64,000 bases of DNA from an uncultured Chloroflexia bacterium (lineage in GTDB: Bacteria; Chloroflexota; Dehalococcoidia; UBA2979): positions 576,001 to 640,000 of the forward strand of contig CAVSIV010000006.1 of the NCBI GenBank assembly GCA_963728205.1, read 5' to 3'. The notes beneath the pieces were generated by a model. It did not search any database and was not told the DNA's origin. It saw only the letters and a list, made by a program, of their open reading frames with translations. Below, one piece after another: positions 40,663 through 51,315 of this stretch. The stretch's first letter is position 1; each line of letters begins with the position of its first letter. A program made the translations under genes and the position numbers.

Positions 40663-40770
40663 ACAGCCGCCCGCACCCTCGCGCATCGATCTTCAGCCCT
40701 CTCGGGCATCGGCCGGGGTGGGGATGGTCGGATGTTGTGATCGAAAGGACTGGCTTTAATAACTCCTTCG

Positions 40771-41723
40771 TCAGCGAGGCCAGATGGCGGAAGAGTACCC
40801 ATATGCGACTAGCAGCGGCCACGTCGCCGCAGTCACGATGAACTTCTGCCTGTTCGACATGGCAGATCTCCATTCGTCATCGAGTGTGATGCGCAACCTC
40901 CCCGTATCGAAGCGGATCGGGTTACCTGACACAGTGTGCGCGATACCTAGTTCAAGCTCGCCCGACAAGATCCGCTCCAAACGAGCGCGCGCCGGCGAGT
41001 CCAGTGAAAGGATTCCGCAGAGCAAATCCTGCGGCAGCTTGACGAAATCCTCGTATCGCACCAATCGATAGCTGCGCGCATAGCGTTTCAAGAGCGACGC
41101 CGTCAGGTTGTGCAACCACCACGACCGGATGCTCGACGCGGCACCGTATCGCGTCAGTTCCGCATGTCCAGAAGGGATTTCGGGATTGCGCTTGTGCCTT
41201 TGCCAGGAGAATGCCGTCGCGCGACTGTCTCGCACGAGATGGACGACGTCCACGTCGAAGTTTTCCATCGAACAGAGCAGTAACGCGAGCGAGGCATTCT
41301 TCGACGAATCCACGATGATGTCTGATCCGGATTCTACTCTAATGGCCCGGTAGAGCTCATTGACAGCCGTGACGTACGCACGATAATCGCTGGATCGCCT
41401 GAAGCGGTGCAGCACTCGAGATGGGAGATGCCGCGAGCGATCGACCCGAGCCGAAAGTAGCAGCATCCGGTCGATCTGCTGCTGGTCGTCCATGCTAAGG
41501 GATGCGCGACGCGCGACCGCTTGCCAAAAGGTGCATTCGCGAAACGGAGACCCACACCCGCATAGCCGATTCTCTTTAAACCCTCGCTCCCAAATCGTCC
41601 AAACCTCACCGACTGAAACAAAACCTGGTACTGCCCAACCACGCGATCCATCAATGTCGTACCGCTGCGGCCGGTACCGGCGATGAAAAGTATGCGTACC
41701 CGATCGTTACGGCCGAAAGTCAA
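40771..41723 (-). CDS. Sulfotransferase (one frameshift near 41630)
   Basis: 5'-PSB IAGTGRSGTT in 41334..41723; shifted frame gives GFVSVGEV..LCGCG; IVDSSK, VHLVRDSRA, VRYEDF, HTVSGNPIRF. Confidence 0.87.
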
Positions 41724-41733
41724 CAGTAGCCCC

Positions 41734-43086
41734 TTACATCACAAAGGATCGGATCCCCATCCGCCGTCTCGCCGTCCAAACAAGCCAACCGTTCCACGCA
41801 ACCTTTGCGGCCACCAGGGCAATGGCTACGCCTTCGATCCCAAATGGACGCGCGACGAACGCGGCAGCGGCGACGAATGCGATAGCCGCCGCACCTTGGG
41901 CGATCGCCACGTCGTCCTGATGCCCAGTAGTCGATAGAAGGATCCCTACCGGCCCCGTACTGGAGTGTATGAGCTGGCCCACGAGAAGTATCCGAAGAGT
42001 GACCGCACCCTGCGAAAATCCGCTACCGAACAGTTCGAGCGCGGGCACCGCCCAGACGAACAAAACCCCTCCGCCCACGAGTGACAGCAGTGCACTGGCA
42101 CGGGCCGCGTTTTGGGTGAAATGCCGTAGCGAGTCCTGCTGCCGCGTTACGTGTAGACGCGATATGACTGGAGCCGCGACAGCATTGATCGCAATCAAGG
42201 CGAAGCTGGCCACGAGCGCCAGACGCGATGCTGCGGCGAAGAGACCGGATGGTCCTGCACCGATCGCCATCCCTACGACGATCACCCCCGCCTGATCAAT
42301 CACCGCGCCGAAGGCACCGACAAGGAGCAACGGGCCAGCAACGCGGACCCATAGCGACATCTCATACTGGCTCCGAGGAGACTCGGTCCTCTCGACGCCT
42401 TGCGGGCGGAAGTACATCCATTGGACGATGACCGCACCCGTGGCCCCGACGAGAGCGGCCAAGAGGGCGCCTTCCGGGAGCGGACCGCGGAGGGCGAAGA
42501 TCAGAACCCCTGTTATCCCTGTTAGAGCAAAACGCCCGGGGGCGAAGGGAAGATATGCGACGACAATCCGCTCGTAGCTGCGCGCTAATTCTGTCTGTGT
42601 CGACAGCAGCGCAACGATCGGGACGATTGCCATGGAAATCAGGATTTCGCCCGGGCGTATGGCCGGTGGGTGCAGCGCCATGAGTCCGACCGCGGCGCAG
42701 CTGCCTGTAACTAGACCCCCAGCGAGGGATCCATATCGACTGAATCTAATTAAGCCCTGCAGGCGCGCATGATCCCCGGTGACTCGGTATTCAGGCACAA
42801 AGCGAAGGAGCGATTGGCCTAATCCAAGACCGCCTACGAGTGCAAGAATTGTGGCCCAGGAAAAGAGGTATGAATACGCACCAAATCCCAGAGGACCAAG
42901 CGTCCGTGCGAAGAACAGCTCGACACATAATCTGGTTGCCGTTCCGATGGTGTACAGGATAAACACCCAGGCCGCACCACCAATTACTGACGTGGCGAAG
43001 AATCCTGACGCCAAGACCGCGCGCGTCAGATGCCTGGCCCGCACGAGAAGTCCTGCTGCTTCTTCTGAGGACGTAGGCTCGCTCAC
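41734..43086 (-). CDS. Wzx-type oligosaccharide flippase
   Basis: FARTLGPLGFGAY, LRFVP, GLFAAASRL, LFGSGF, PFGIEGVAIA; about 12 TM. Confidence 0.87.
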   Translation of the reverse strand: MSEPTSSEEAAGLLVRARHLTRAVLASGFFATSVIGGAAWVFILYTIGTATRLCVELFFARTLGPLGFGAYSYLFSWATILALVGGLGLGQSLLRFVPEYRVTGDHARLQGLIRFSRYGSLAGGLVTGSCAAVGLMALHPPAIRPGEILISMAIVPIVALLSTQTELARSYERIVVAYLPFAPGRFALTGITGVLIFALRGPLPEGALLAALVGATGAVIVQWMYFRPQGVERTESPRSQYEMSLWVRVAGPLLLVGAFGAVIDQAGVIVVGMAIGAGPSGLFAAASRLALVASFALIAINAVAAPVISRLHVTRQQDSLRHFTQNAARASALLSLVGGGVLFVWAVPALELFGSGFSQGAVTLRILLVGQLIHSSTGPVGILLSTTGHQDDVAIAQGAAAIAFVAAAAFVARPFGIEGVAIALVAAKVAWNGWLVWTARRRMGIRSFVM

Positions 43087-43349
43087 TTTGGCTCGGATCT
43101 GCCGAACCGACGATTCACCGGTTAAAGCTCAGCATCATTTGCATTGTCACCTCCGGAAAAATCGAATGCGAGCCGCCGGTGGGCGGCGAGATTTGCGTTG
43201 CGTTGTGCGGAATACTGCTCCCACAACACCGCGCAACGCAACCTTAGGAAATTAGGGTAGTCCGCTATTCAGCTACGTCCCCCGCTCTGCTTAACTAATT
43301 GGGACATTTCAGGTACGATGCCCGCATGTGCACCGTCGGAAGCTAAAAC

Positions 43350-44045
43350 ATGAGCAAGAGAGCCACCGCGTCGTCGTCGTCACGCTCCTCAGCACGAGGC
43401 GGAACGGAGCCGCATCCGGGCTACTTCGCGATCAAGCGTGCGATTGATGTGGTGGCTGGCGGGGTGGCACTCGTCCTGGCACTCCCTGTCATGGTGGTCG
43501 TCGTCACCGCCATTAAGCTCGATTCGGCTGGACCTGTCCTTTACAAGCACTCGCGCGTCGGCGAGCGTGGCCGCATATTTGATTGCTACAAGTTTCGTTC
43601 GATGTACCACGGTGCAGCAGCGAGGCGCGAAGAGTTACGCCATTTGTCGCAGGTCGGCGGACCCGCGTTCAAGCTACCACGAGACCCACGGATAACCCGT
43701 GTTGGTCGAATCCTGCGCCGCACGAGCATCGACGAGCTACCGCAACTAATCCATGTCCTGCGCGGAGAGCTGAGTCTTGTAGGGCCACGTCCGCTATCTC
43801 TAGAGGATTTTCAAGGTCGGCACGATCATATTTCTGACGTCGCAATCCTTCGTCTTGTTGAGTCGCGGACTGAAGTCAAGCCGGGGTTGACCTGCCTGTG
43901 GCAAGTCTCGGGGCGTAGCAATCTCTCATTCAATAGTTGGATGCGGCTCGACGAAGAGTACATGCGGCGTCGCTCGATCCCATACGACTTATTTATCTTA
44001 GTTCGAACGGTTTGGGCAGTGATCTCAATGCATGGAGCGATGTAA
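43350..44045 (+). CDS. Priming sugar transferase (Bac_transf)
   Basis: [45 protein letters not shown]. Confidence 0.95.
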   Translation: MSKRATASSSSRSSARGGTEPHPGYFAIKRAIDVVAGGVALVLALPVMVVVVTAIKLDSAGPVLYKHSRVGERGRIFDCYKFRSMYHGAAARREELRHLSQVGGPAFKLPRDPRITRVGRILRRTSIDELPQLIHVLRGELSLVGPRPLSLEDFQGRHDHISDVAILRLVESRTEVKPGLTCLWQVSGRSNLSFNSWMRLDEEYMRRRSIPYDLFILVRTVWAVISMHGAM

Positions 44046-44256
44046 GATTGCCCCCCATTGGGGCGATGATGGGCCCAGACTAGCCACCGGTGCAGCGCGG
44101 TGGCGAACGCGGATGGTCCGATGAGGCCGCACAGTCGGGGGGGCCGAACCGCCGCCTGTTCATGGGAGCGCTCGATCGCGTCCAGGGTCCGAAACTCTAC
44201 ATCCGCGATGCGGTCCGCTGGGCGCGGGACATCGGCGAGAGCGTACAGTATCTGAC

Positions 44257-44724
44257 ATGGACAAACGCGCCATTCTGCCCGGGTGGGAACAGGTGATAGT
44301 GCTGTTCCTCTACCGTCTGGCCAGACGTGTCAGAAATGTCTACCCGCTCTACGTTCTCACTCGCATCATCAACATCGCCGTGGTGCAGTTCCTACTGGGT
44401 GGAATCATCTTCCCACACGCTGAGATCGGAGAGGGCCTTCGTCTACCGCACGGAGCAATGGGAATTGTCATCCACGCGGACTGCAAGATCGGGAATAACG
44501 TCACAATTTTCCATCAGGTGACGATCGGCGTTCGTGAAGGCTCAGGCTCGTGGGGGGCACCTGTCATCGAGGACGGCGTCACCATCGGCGTAGGGGCTAA
44601 GATACTTGGTCCCATTACGATCGGGCGCGGGGCGACCATCGGCGCCAATGCTGTCGTCATTCGCGACGTGCCGGCGGGTTGGACTGCGGTGGGTGTGCCC
44701 GCGAAGAACATCCCGCCCAGCTAG
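44257..44724 (+). CDS. Hexapeptide-repeat O-acetyltransferase (CysE/WcaB-like)
   Basis: LPHGAMGIVIH, IFHQVTIG, IGANAVVIRDVP, VGVPAK. Confidence 0.88.
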   Translation: MDKRAILPGWEQVIVLFLYRLARRVRNVYPLYVLTRIINIAVVQFLLGGIIFPHAEIGEGLRLPHGAMGIVIHADCKIGNNVTIFHQVTIGVREGSGSWGAPVIEDGVTIGVGAKILGPITIGRGATIGANAVVIRDVPAGWTAVGVPAKNIPPS

Positions 44725-45008
44725 GCGCGGAGCTCGACCTGCATTAGCGCTTTCGAACCGCCGCATCCGGTTCCTCTCACTCCGCTAACGGATCGTTGCT
44801 AAGTGAGGCAGTCCGGCGACGGGCATAAGCGGGGCGTCTCGGGCGTCATCGCTAAGCCGTCCGTGGGGTGCTCAGTGGGGCTCGTGCTCCGCCGTTCACC
44901 GTCAGGCGAGCGGACGGGTGCAATCAGATTGCCCCGTCCGCCGCCTTGGCAAGCCCAAGCCGCATCGGGAGCGTGGCTATGGCCACGCTCCCGATGTGAG
45001 TGCGTCCC

Positions 45009-45720
45009 CTACGACGCCGACACGACCTCGAGCGAGATCGGCACCGGCCCGAGGCCGGTCAGTCGCAGGTAGAGCGCGTCGAGACGGTTCACCGCCGTCA
45101 ACGTGTTCGCGAACGCGGGCGCCCCGGGGACGTACGTCTGCCACGATTGCGTCGTCGCGTCGTACCGCGCGATCGAGACGACGCCGGCCGCGCCGGCGAT
45201 GAGCGACGCGGGGTCGGTGTCGTCCGCCCCGGCGAAGCCGAAGGCGTTCAGCCCGGGCACGAGCGTCACCGTGCGGCGCCCGCGCGGCGGCGGGACGATG
45301 TCCGTCTCCGTCCAGTCGTGACCCGAGTAGGCGTTCACGAAGATCGCGTCGCCCTGGGTGAGCGTCCGCAGCGAGTTCACCAGCGGCGGCGCGCCCACGA
45401 TGTACGAGTCGTACAGCTGCGTCTGCGGGTTGAACCGGGACACGCTCTCGACGCCGGACCCGAGCGTCCCGACGAAGTCGGCGATCGCGGTCCCGGTCGC
45501 GCCGGTGAACGTGACGGCGTTGAGGCGGCGCTCGAGCGTCCGGGTCACCTTCGGCAGCACGAAGACGGCGTAGAGCGTCAGGTGGTCCTGCGAGACGCGG
45601 ACGGTGCCGTCCGCCGACACGGTGGCGGGCACCTGCACCCACCCGCCGGCGTCGACGTCGTAGGAGAAGACGGCCACGGTCGCGGGATCCGTCGTCGCGG
45701 TGTCGACGTGGAAGCTGCGC
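45009..45720 (-). pseudogene. C-terminal part of a surface protein: HLT motif domain plus two YxPGAP modules; N-terminus missing
   Basis: VFSYDVDAGGWVQVP..DHLTLYAVF, then YDSYIVGAPPLVNSL and WQTYVPGAPAFANTL; frame is closed upstream and there is no signal peptide. Confidence 0.65.
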
Positions 45721-45778
45721 GGTGGGCGGCAGGTCGTTCACCCGCAGCACGCGGTGGCCGGCGGCGCTCACGCCGAGC

Positions 45779-46600
45779 TCACGCCCTCGCGCCCCGGGCG
45801 TCTCGTCTGAGGCTCTCGATCGCCTCCCATGTCACCGCATCGACCGGGATCCAGTCGAGGAATGCGAGCCGCTTCGCGTGGTTCGCGGTGTTCACCACGA
45901 CCTCGAAACGCATCCGCGGCAGGCCGTCGAGCTGCCATGTCACCGGGAACGACCAGCGAATCTTCGGGGCGCGGGCCGGCGTGCGGTCCCACAGCTCCTG
46001 CAGCTCGCCGACCCGGTGGGGAACCCCCTCGACGAAGCGGTCGATCACGGAGGCGAAGTACGGGCTCAGCGACGAGAGGTCTTCGGCGCCGCGGCGATGG
46101 CCCTTCATCGTGGCGATGCCGACCTTCACCGCCTCGCGCCAGTTCACGAGCTTCGTCGCGATCCGCGGGTGGCTGACAACGCTCATCAGGTTCCGCGCAA
46201 CGGGGTCGGGGTGCCTGGCGTCGAGCGAGACGTCCCACACGCGCTGCAGGAGCCGGTTCGCGCCGAGCACCTGCATCACCTCGTCGACGAGCGCGGCCGG
46301 CCACGGCCGACCCTCGAGGTCGCGCAGCGCCTCCTCGCGCTCGAAGAAGTAGTCGGCGTTCGACGGGCCGAGCAGCGAGCTGTCCGCCGGGTACCCGGCG
46401 GCGACCAGGATCTCGTCGCGGACGTCGCGGGGCGCCTTGAGCACGTCGAGCATGCGCACGAGCGACAGCCGCGACGGATGCCGCACCCCGGTCTCGTACT
46501 TGCCCAGCGACGAGACGGAGATCGGCACGAGCTTCGCGAGGGCTGCCTGCGAGAGCCCTCGCGAGCGTCGGAGGTCAGCCGCACGCTCCCACCACTCCAT
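45779..46600 (-). CDS. XRE HTH regulator with an MmyB-like PAS domain
   Basis: LRRSRGLSQAALAK..SLGKYETGVRHP; PAALVDEVMQVLGAN, RNL. Confidence 0.87.
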   Translation of the reverse strand: MEWWERAADLRRSRGLSQAALAKLVPISVSSLGKYETGVRHPSRLSLVRMLDVLKAPRDVRDEILVAAGYPADSSLLGPSNADYFFEREEALRDLEGRPWPAALVDEVMQVLGANRLLQRVWDVSLDARHPDPVARNLMSVVSHPRIATKLVNWREAVKVGIATMKGHRRGAEDLSSLSPYFASVIDRFVEGVPHRVGELQELWDRTPARAPKIRWSFPVTWQLDGLPRMRFEVVVNTANHAKRLAFLDWIPVDAVTWEAIESLRRDARGARA

Positions 46601-46799
46601 CGACTCGATGATCGCACAGCGGCCGCGGGGTCGGGCGGGCATGACGCTGCAATTTCGCTGCCAGTCGGCACGCCGGTCGATGCCGGCTGCAACAACTGCC
46701 GACGCAGCGCTCGGACTGAAGTGCTAGATTCGGCGCCTCCCGAGGTCGCGGGTGTCCCGTGCGCGGGCGTGCCCCGGCCGGAATCTCCAGGGAGGTCGC

Positions 46800-47894
46800 G
46801 TGGACGTCACTCGAGATGACGAGCGATCCCCGGGCGCGGCCCGCGACACCACGGCCGGCACGCCGTCTGCGATGGAAGGCACGGCGCCGCGCGTGCGGAT
46901 CGTCGCGGACGAGGACGCGCACGTGGTCCGCGTCGACGGCGAGCCCGTGCCCGCCGCCACCGAGATGATGTTCCGGTTCGTGCAGCTGCTGGGCCGGCAG
47001 CCCGGCGCGGCGATGGCAACCGGCGACATCGGCCGGGCACTGTGGTCCGACCCCGACGCCCGGCAGAACGTCCAGTCGCTCGCGCGTCGCATCCGCGACC
47101 AGCTGACGGCGGCCGGCCATCCGGGCGGCGACCTCATCCTCACGCGGCCACGCTTCGGCTACGCGCTCGCGACGGCGGACACCGAGGCCGCAGACGCGGA
47201 CACCAACGCTGCCGAGGCCGGCGTCGAGATCGCGTCCGTGGATGGGATGCGACGCCGGCCGCGACGGGCCGTGGCGTCCGCGATCGGCGTCGCGGTGATC
47301 GCCGTCGCATCGGTGGTCGCGCTGCCGCTCCACCGCCCGCCGGGCCACGCCCCGCCCGCCGGCGCGTCGGGCACGTACGCCTCATCAGAGAGCGTCGGAC
47401 CGCCCGCCGTCACCGCCGTGATCGACGAGGGCATGGGCGATCAGATCGTCGTGCGTGGCTGGCCCGCGGGGACCGAGGTGACCGCGGACCTCCGCGCGCC
47501 GGACGGCGCGAGCATCGGCCGGTGGACGGCGGGCATCGGGAGCGGGGACTACACGGCGATCCACATCGGCAGGCGAGTCTTCCTGCCGGGCCAGACGCTC
47601 ACGGTGTCCGGAGGATCGCGGCGGGAGTCGCTGGTCATCGCGCCGCTCGAGGTGGTGGCGCCTCTGGGTGCGAGCGTCGTCGCGGGACAGGCGCCGGCGA
47701 ATGCGCTGGTCGTCGTCACGGCGAACTGCGCGGACGACGCCTGCGAGGTCAGCTCGGCGGTCCACGCCGATGCGCGCGGGGCGTTCCGGCTGGACCTCGG
47801 CGCGGAGCACGCGCTCGGCCCGGGGAGCCGCGTGTCCGTCTCGGTCGCCGACGTGAACGGGAACCGCGTGAGCTGGCAGGAATTGCTGCACTGA
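46800..47894 (+). CDS. Membrane-spanning winged-HTH (ToxR/CadC-like) regulator with an extracellular beta domain
   Basis: ALWSD..NVQSLARRIRDQL..ILTRPRFGYAL Trans_reg_C-like; single TM; GGAGG RBS. Confidence 0.72.
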   Translation: MDVTRDDERSPGAARDTTAGTPSAMEGTAPRVRIVADEDAHVVRVDGEPVPAATEMMFRFVQLLGRQPGAAMATGDIGRALWSDPDARQNVQSLARRIRDQLTAAGHPGGDLILTRPRFGYALATADTEAADADTNAAEAGVEIASVDGMRRRPRRAVASAIGVAVIAVASVVALPLHRPPGHAPPAGASGTYASSESVGPPAVTAVIDEGMGDQIVVRGWPAGTEVTADLRAPDGASIGRWTAGIGSGDYTAIHIGRRVFLPGQTLTVSGGSRRESLVIAPLEVVAPLGASVVAGQAPANALVVVTANCADDACEVSSAVHADARGAFRLDLGAEHALGPGSRVSVSVADVNGNRVSWQELLH

Positions 47895-48001
47895 CGGCCG
47901 CCTCAGACACAGCGACCGCGGCGAAGCCCTTGCCCGCAATGTTCTCGGTCGGCTCCCATTTCGCCGGGGCGCACCGCATACTGGCCGAAGGGAGCGAGCG
48001 C

Positions 48002-48557
48002 ATGGCCACCGAGTTCGACGCCCAGAAGTTCCGCGGAGCTGGTGCTCCTGATCGCGCAGGAATCCGAGGAGGATCCGCGCTTCGGGGCGACCAAGCTCAA
48101 TAAGATCCTGTACTTCTCCGACTTCAAGGCGTTCGCCGCCCTGGGGGAGTCGATCACCGGCGCCGCCTATCAGCGCCTGGATCGCGGCCCGGCCCCCGTC
48201 GAGCTGCTGCCTGAGCTGGACCGGATGGAACGTGAGGGAGAAATCGTTCGCGAGGAGCGCGCGTACTACAACCGCGTCCAGAAGGTCGTCCGTGCACGCC
48301 GCGCCTCACGCGCCGGCGAGCTCCTCGATCAGGACGAGCTCCGCATCGTCCGCACGGTGCTGCGGGACCTCCGCGACCTGGATGCGTCGCAGGTAAGCGC
48401 GCTCTCCCACCTCGAGGCAGGCTGGCAGCTCGCGGATGACCGCGAAGTCATTCCATACGAGGCGGCGTGGATCTCGGACCGGCGGCCGACGCGCCGCGAG
48501 CTGGAGCTCTGGAAGCAAGATGCCGAGGAGTGGCAATCCCACCGATCCGCTTCCTGA
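48002..48557 (+). CDS. Panacea (DUF4065/SocA-like) antitoxin; +1 frameshift near 48034
   Basis: MATEFDAQKF.. then TKLNKILYFSDF, SITG..Y..GPAP, SALSH..W. Confidence 0.82.
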
Positions 48558-48782
48558 GCGTCCAGGCCGCGCACTGCACTTCGAGTTCCACACCGACACG
48601 CGCTTCTGGAACTCGCTCGCGGACCGAACACCATCTTGAGCATCCGTCGCGCCCCACCCCTCCACGAGGCGGAAGACGAGTCGGGCTCGCCGTGATCACG
48701 AGGTCCGGCGAGGCGCGCGGCGACGGAGTCGACCACCCCGCGACTGGGACTCCCATCCACCGTTTCGAGTCGCGCTCCCTGA

Positions 48783-48798
48783 TAGGGAAAAACCCCTA
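48783..48798. promoter_or_regulatory. Palindrome TAGGG-N6-CCCTA, candidate regulator site
   Basis: AT-rich island about 130 bp upstream of the 48929 gene. Confidence 0.4.
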
Positions 48799-48928
48799 AG
48801 GGTTTCCGTCTCCCTGCCGATGGTTCTAGTAGCCCCTCGCCCGCCGGGATGGCGGACACGCGAGCCGGGCTGAGCCCATCTGCACCCCTCAGCACTCCTG
48901 CTGAAGGCGCCGGGGACGGAGCCCGTAT

Positions 48929-49375
48929 ATGCCTGCGCTCCTTGCGCTCTTTCTCTCCCTGTGGAGCATCGTCGGCGGCCACGTCACGATTCACCAGCTC
49001 AACGGCCCGGTCCAGTTCACCGACCTCTACGGCAGCCCGCGCGAGGCCGCGGCGGCCACCGGCTGCGTGCACCGCCACCCCGACATGTGGCTGTCGCCCG
49101 ACGTCGACATGGCGACGCTCGCGCACGAGACCGCGCACGCCGTCGACTGCCTCGACGACGGCCTGATGAACGACAGCCCGTCGCTGCGGCCGGCCGTGCG
49201 GCCGGCGTGGGTGTCGGACTACTGCTGGAACTCGGACGCCGAGTGGTACGCGTGCTCGGTCGTGTACTACCAGAGCGCCCACCCGTACACGGTCGCTCCG
49301 TGGGGGCCGGCCGCGATGGTCGCGGCGGGGGTGACGTCGCCGCACACCGCGCACGCGGCGATCGCGTCGCGGTAA
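48929..49375 (+). CDS. Small exported HExxH (zincin-like) protein, copy 1
   Basis: Hydrophobic N-terminus; LAHETAHAVDCLDDG; RPAWVSDYCW..EWYAC. Confidence 0.75.
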   Translation: MPALLALFLSLWSIVGGHVTIHQLNGPVQFTDLYGSPREAAAATGCVHRHPDMWLSPDVDMATLAHETAHAVDCLDDGLMNDSPSLRPAVRPAWVSDYCWNSDAEWYACSVVYYQSAHPYTVAPWGPAAMVAAGVTSPHTAHAAIASR

Positions 49376-49384
49376 CCCCCCTGC

Positions 49385-49545
<161 letters not shown>

Positions 49546-49699
49546 TCGGCGTTCGCGTCCGCCGGTCGCCGTTCGCGGTCGCCGCACGGTGTAGGGGAAT
49601 CCCGTATTCTCGCGCGGCGCAGCCCTGCCTACGGTGACCACTGCGCGCTGGTCCCAATCGGCGGGGCGGGATCAGCGCGCGAGCGAATCGGAGTCCCCG

Positions 49700-50563
49700 A
49701 TGGGCCGGAGCCCGGGGTCCCACGCCGGCACACCCTCGAGCGCGCGCGGCCGGCGGGCCGTCGCGGCGGCGACGGTCGTCGTCGCCCTCCTCGCGCTCGC
49801 GCCCGGCTCCTGGGGACGCGCGCACGGGCAGACCTCCGGGCCGGCGGCCACGCCGCCCCCGGCGCCCACCCCCATCGCGACCGCCGTGCCGGCCGCGGGC
49901 GGCACCCTCTCCGCGCCCAGCCAGCAGATCGCCGTGCAGCTGCCGGCCGGCGCGGCCGGGCAGGCGGTCGTCGTCGCAATCGTGCCGGTGGTGTCGCCGT
50001 CGGCGGCGCCCGTGCAGGACCAGGCGCGGCTCGAGGCGGTGCTGCAGAACCTCGGCGTGCCCGTCCCGCAGACGGCGTCGGGGCAGGCGGCGCTCGTCGT
50101 GCAGGTGTTCGAGCTCGGCGCGACGAGCGCGACGACGGGCGCGCCGGTCAACACGTTCGCCGTGCCGGTCACGATCTTCGTCGACGTCGCGCCCGAGGTG
50201 CGGGCGCTGGCGGGCGGCGACCTCTCGAACGTGTCGCTGCAGTTCTTCGACACCGCGACGGGGCGCTGGACGCCGGTGCCGTGCACGCCGACGACCATCG
50301 GGCTCGACTGCCGCGTGACGCACTTCTCGCTGTGGGCGGTGGTGGTGCGCGGCGTGCTCGCCAGCGGCGCGGCGCCGGGCCCCGCGCCGGCGGGGTCGCT
50401 GCCCGCGCCGGCGCCGTCGGGCGGCGGCGCGCTGGCCGGCACCGTGGGCGCGCTGCGGGACGGCGTCGCAACGCGCGCGATCCCGGCGGCGCTCGGCGCG
50501 CTGGCGCTCGCGCTCGTCGTGGCGCTCGCGGTCGCCGACGTGCCGCGGTTGCACCGGCGGTAG
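49700..50563 (+). CDS. Secreted, C-terminally anchored protein with a GPS-like HFS motif (copy 2)
   Basis: APGSWGRAHGQ signal end; NVSLQFFDTATGRWTPVPC..LDCRVTHFSLWA; C-terminal TM and basic tail. Confidence 0.8.
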   Translation: MGRSPGSHAGTPSSARGRRAVAAATVVVALLALAPGSWGRAHGQTSGPAATPPPAPTPIATAVPAAGGTLSAPSQQIAVQLPAGAAGQAVVVAIVPVVSPSAAPVQDQARLEAVLQNLGVPVPQTASGQAALVVQVFELGATSATTGAPVNTFAVPVTIFVDVAPEVRALAGGDLSNVSLQFFDTATGRWTPVPCTPTTIGLDCRVTHFSLWAVVVRGVLASGAAPGPAPAGSLPAPAPSGGGALAGTVGALRDGVATRAIPAALGALALALVVALAVADVPRLHRR

Positions 50564-50611
50564 CGGGTCCGCCGGGCCCGACGGCGGCCGGTGGAGCGGC
50601 CCCGGCGGCGG

Positions 50612-51022
50612 TCAGGCGCGCGGTCGGGCAGCGGGCACCAGATCCACGACCTCGCCGTGCTGATCGGCCAACCCGCGATCCATGGTCGCCAGGCGTGCGC
50701 CCCGGGATCGCGCGAGATGCACGAGGTAGGTGTCGGTGACCTGTCGGTGGCCGACCACCTCGCCGAGCGGTACGTCGCGGTACGTCGCGTCGTCCGCCCA
50801 GAACTCGTAGCGGGGATGTGCGGCGAGCGTGTCGAGCATCCGCTGGGCGGTGCGCGCGGCAACGCCTTCGCGGACCAGCAGGCGGACCAGCGCGCCCTCG
50901 GTGATCGGGCAGGTGGCGAACGGGTCGCGGCTCGCGCCGAACCACGTCTCCGCCGCGTCGTGGTGCACGTGGTCGGCGACGAGCAGCGCGATGAGCACGT
51001 TGGCGTCGAGGAGGGTGGTCAC
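50612..51022 (-). CDS. vapC: PIN-domain VapC toxin
   Basis: LLDANVLIAL, TCPITE, RQVTDTYL, LATMDRG. Confidence 0.92.
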   Translation of the reverse strand: MTTLLDANVLIALLVADHVHHDAAETWFGASRDPFATCPITEGALVRLLVREGVAARTAQRMLDTLAAHPRYEFWADDATYRDVPLGEVVGHRQVTDTYLVHLARSRGARLATMDRGLADQHGEVVDLVPAARPRA

Positions 51023-51315
51023 GCCTCGTCGGCCTCGTCGGCCTCGCCGACTTCGCCGGCCCCGCCGGCCCCGCCGGCCCCGTCGACCTCATCATCCTGG
51101 AGCGCGCGGACGTCCTCGGTGGTCACGACCGTGCCCAGCCGGATCACGGGCAGGCCGGTGCGGGCGCTGCGCGCGACATCCGAGCGCGGCTCGGCGGCCA
51201 GGCCGCGCCGGATCAGGTCCGCGATCGTCGCGCTGAGGCTCCGCGACGTGTCGCGCGCGATGGCGCGAGCGCGCCGGTGCAGGTCCTCCGGGAGATCGAC
51301 GGTGGTGCGCACCAC
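51019..51315 (-). CDS. vapB: VapB RHH antitoxin
   Basis: RTTVDLPEDLHRRARAIA..SLSATIADLIRRGL..TGLPVI..VTTEDV. Confidence 0.9.
   Translation of the reverse strand: MVRTTVDLPEDLHRRARAIARDTSRSLSATIADLIRRGLAAEPRSDVARSARTGLPVIRLGTVVTTEDVRALQDDEVDGAGGAGGAGEVGEADEADEA

Noticed and set aside
44090-44296. Separate small ORF before the acetyltransferase
   Set aside because: May be a frameshifted N-terminal extension of the acetyltransferase; no independent support
33950-45000. Integrative element or prophage explaining the low-GC block
   Set aside because: No integrase, tRNA, att repeats or phage genes seen
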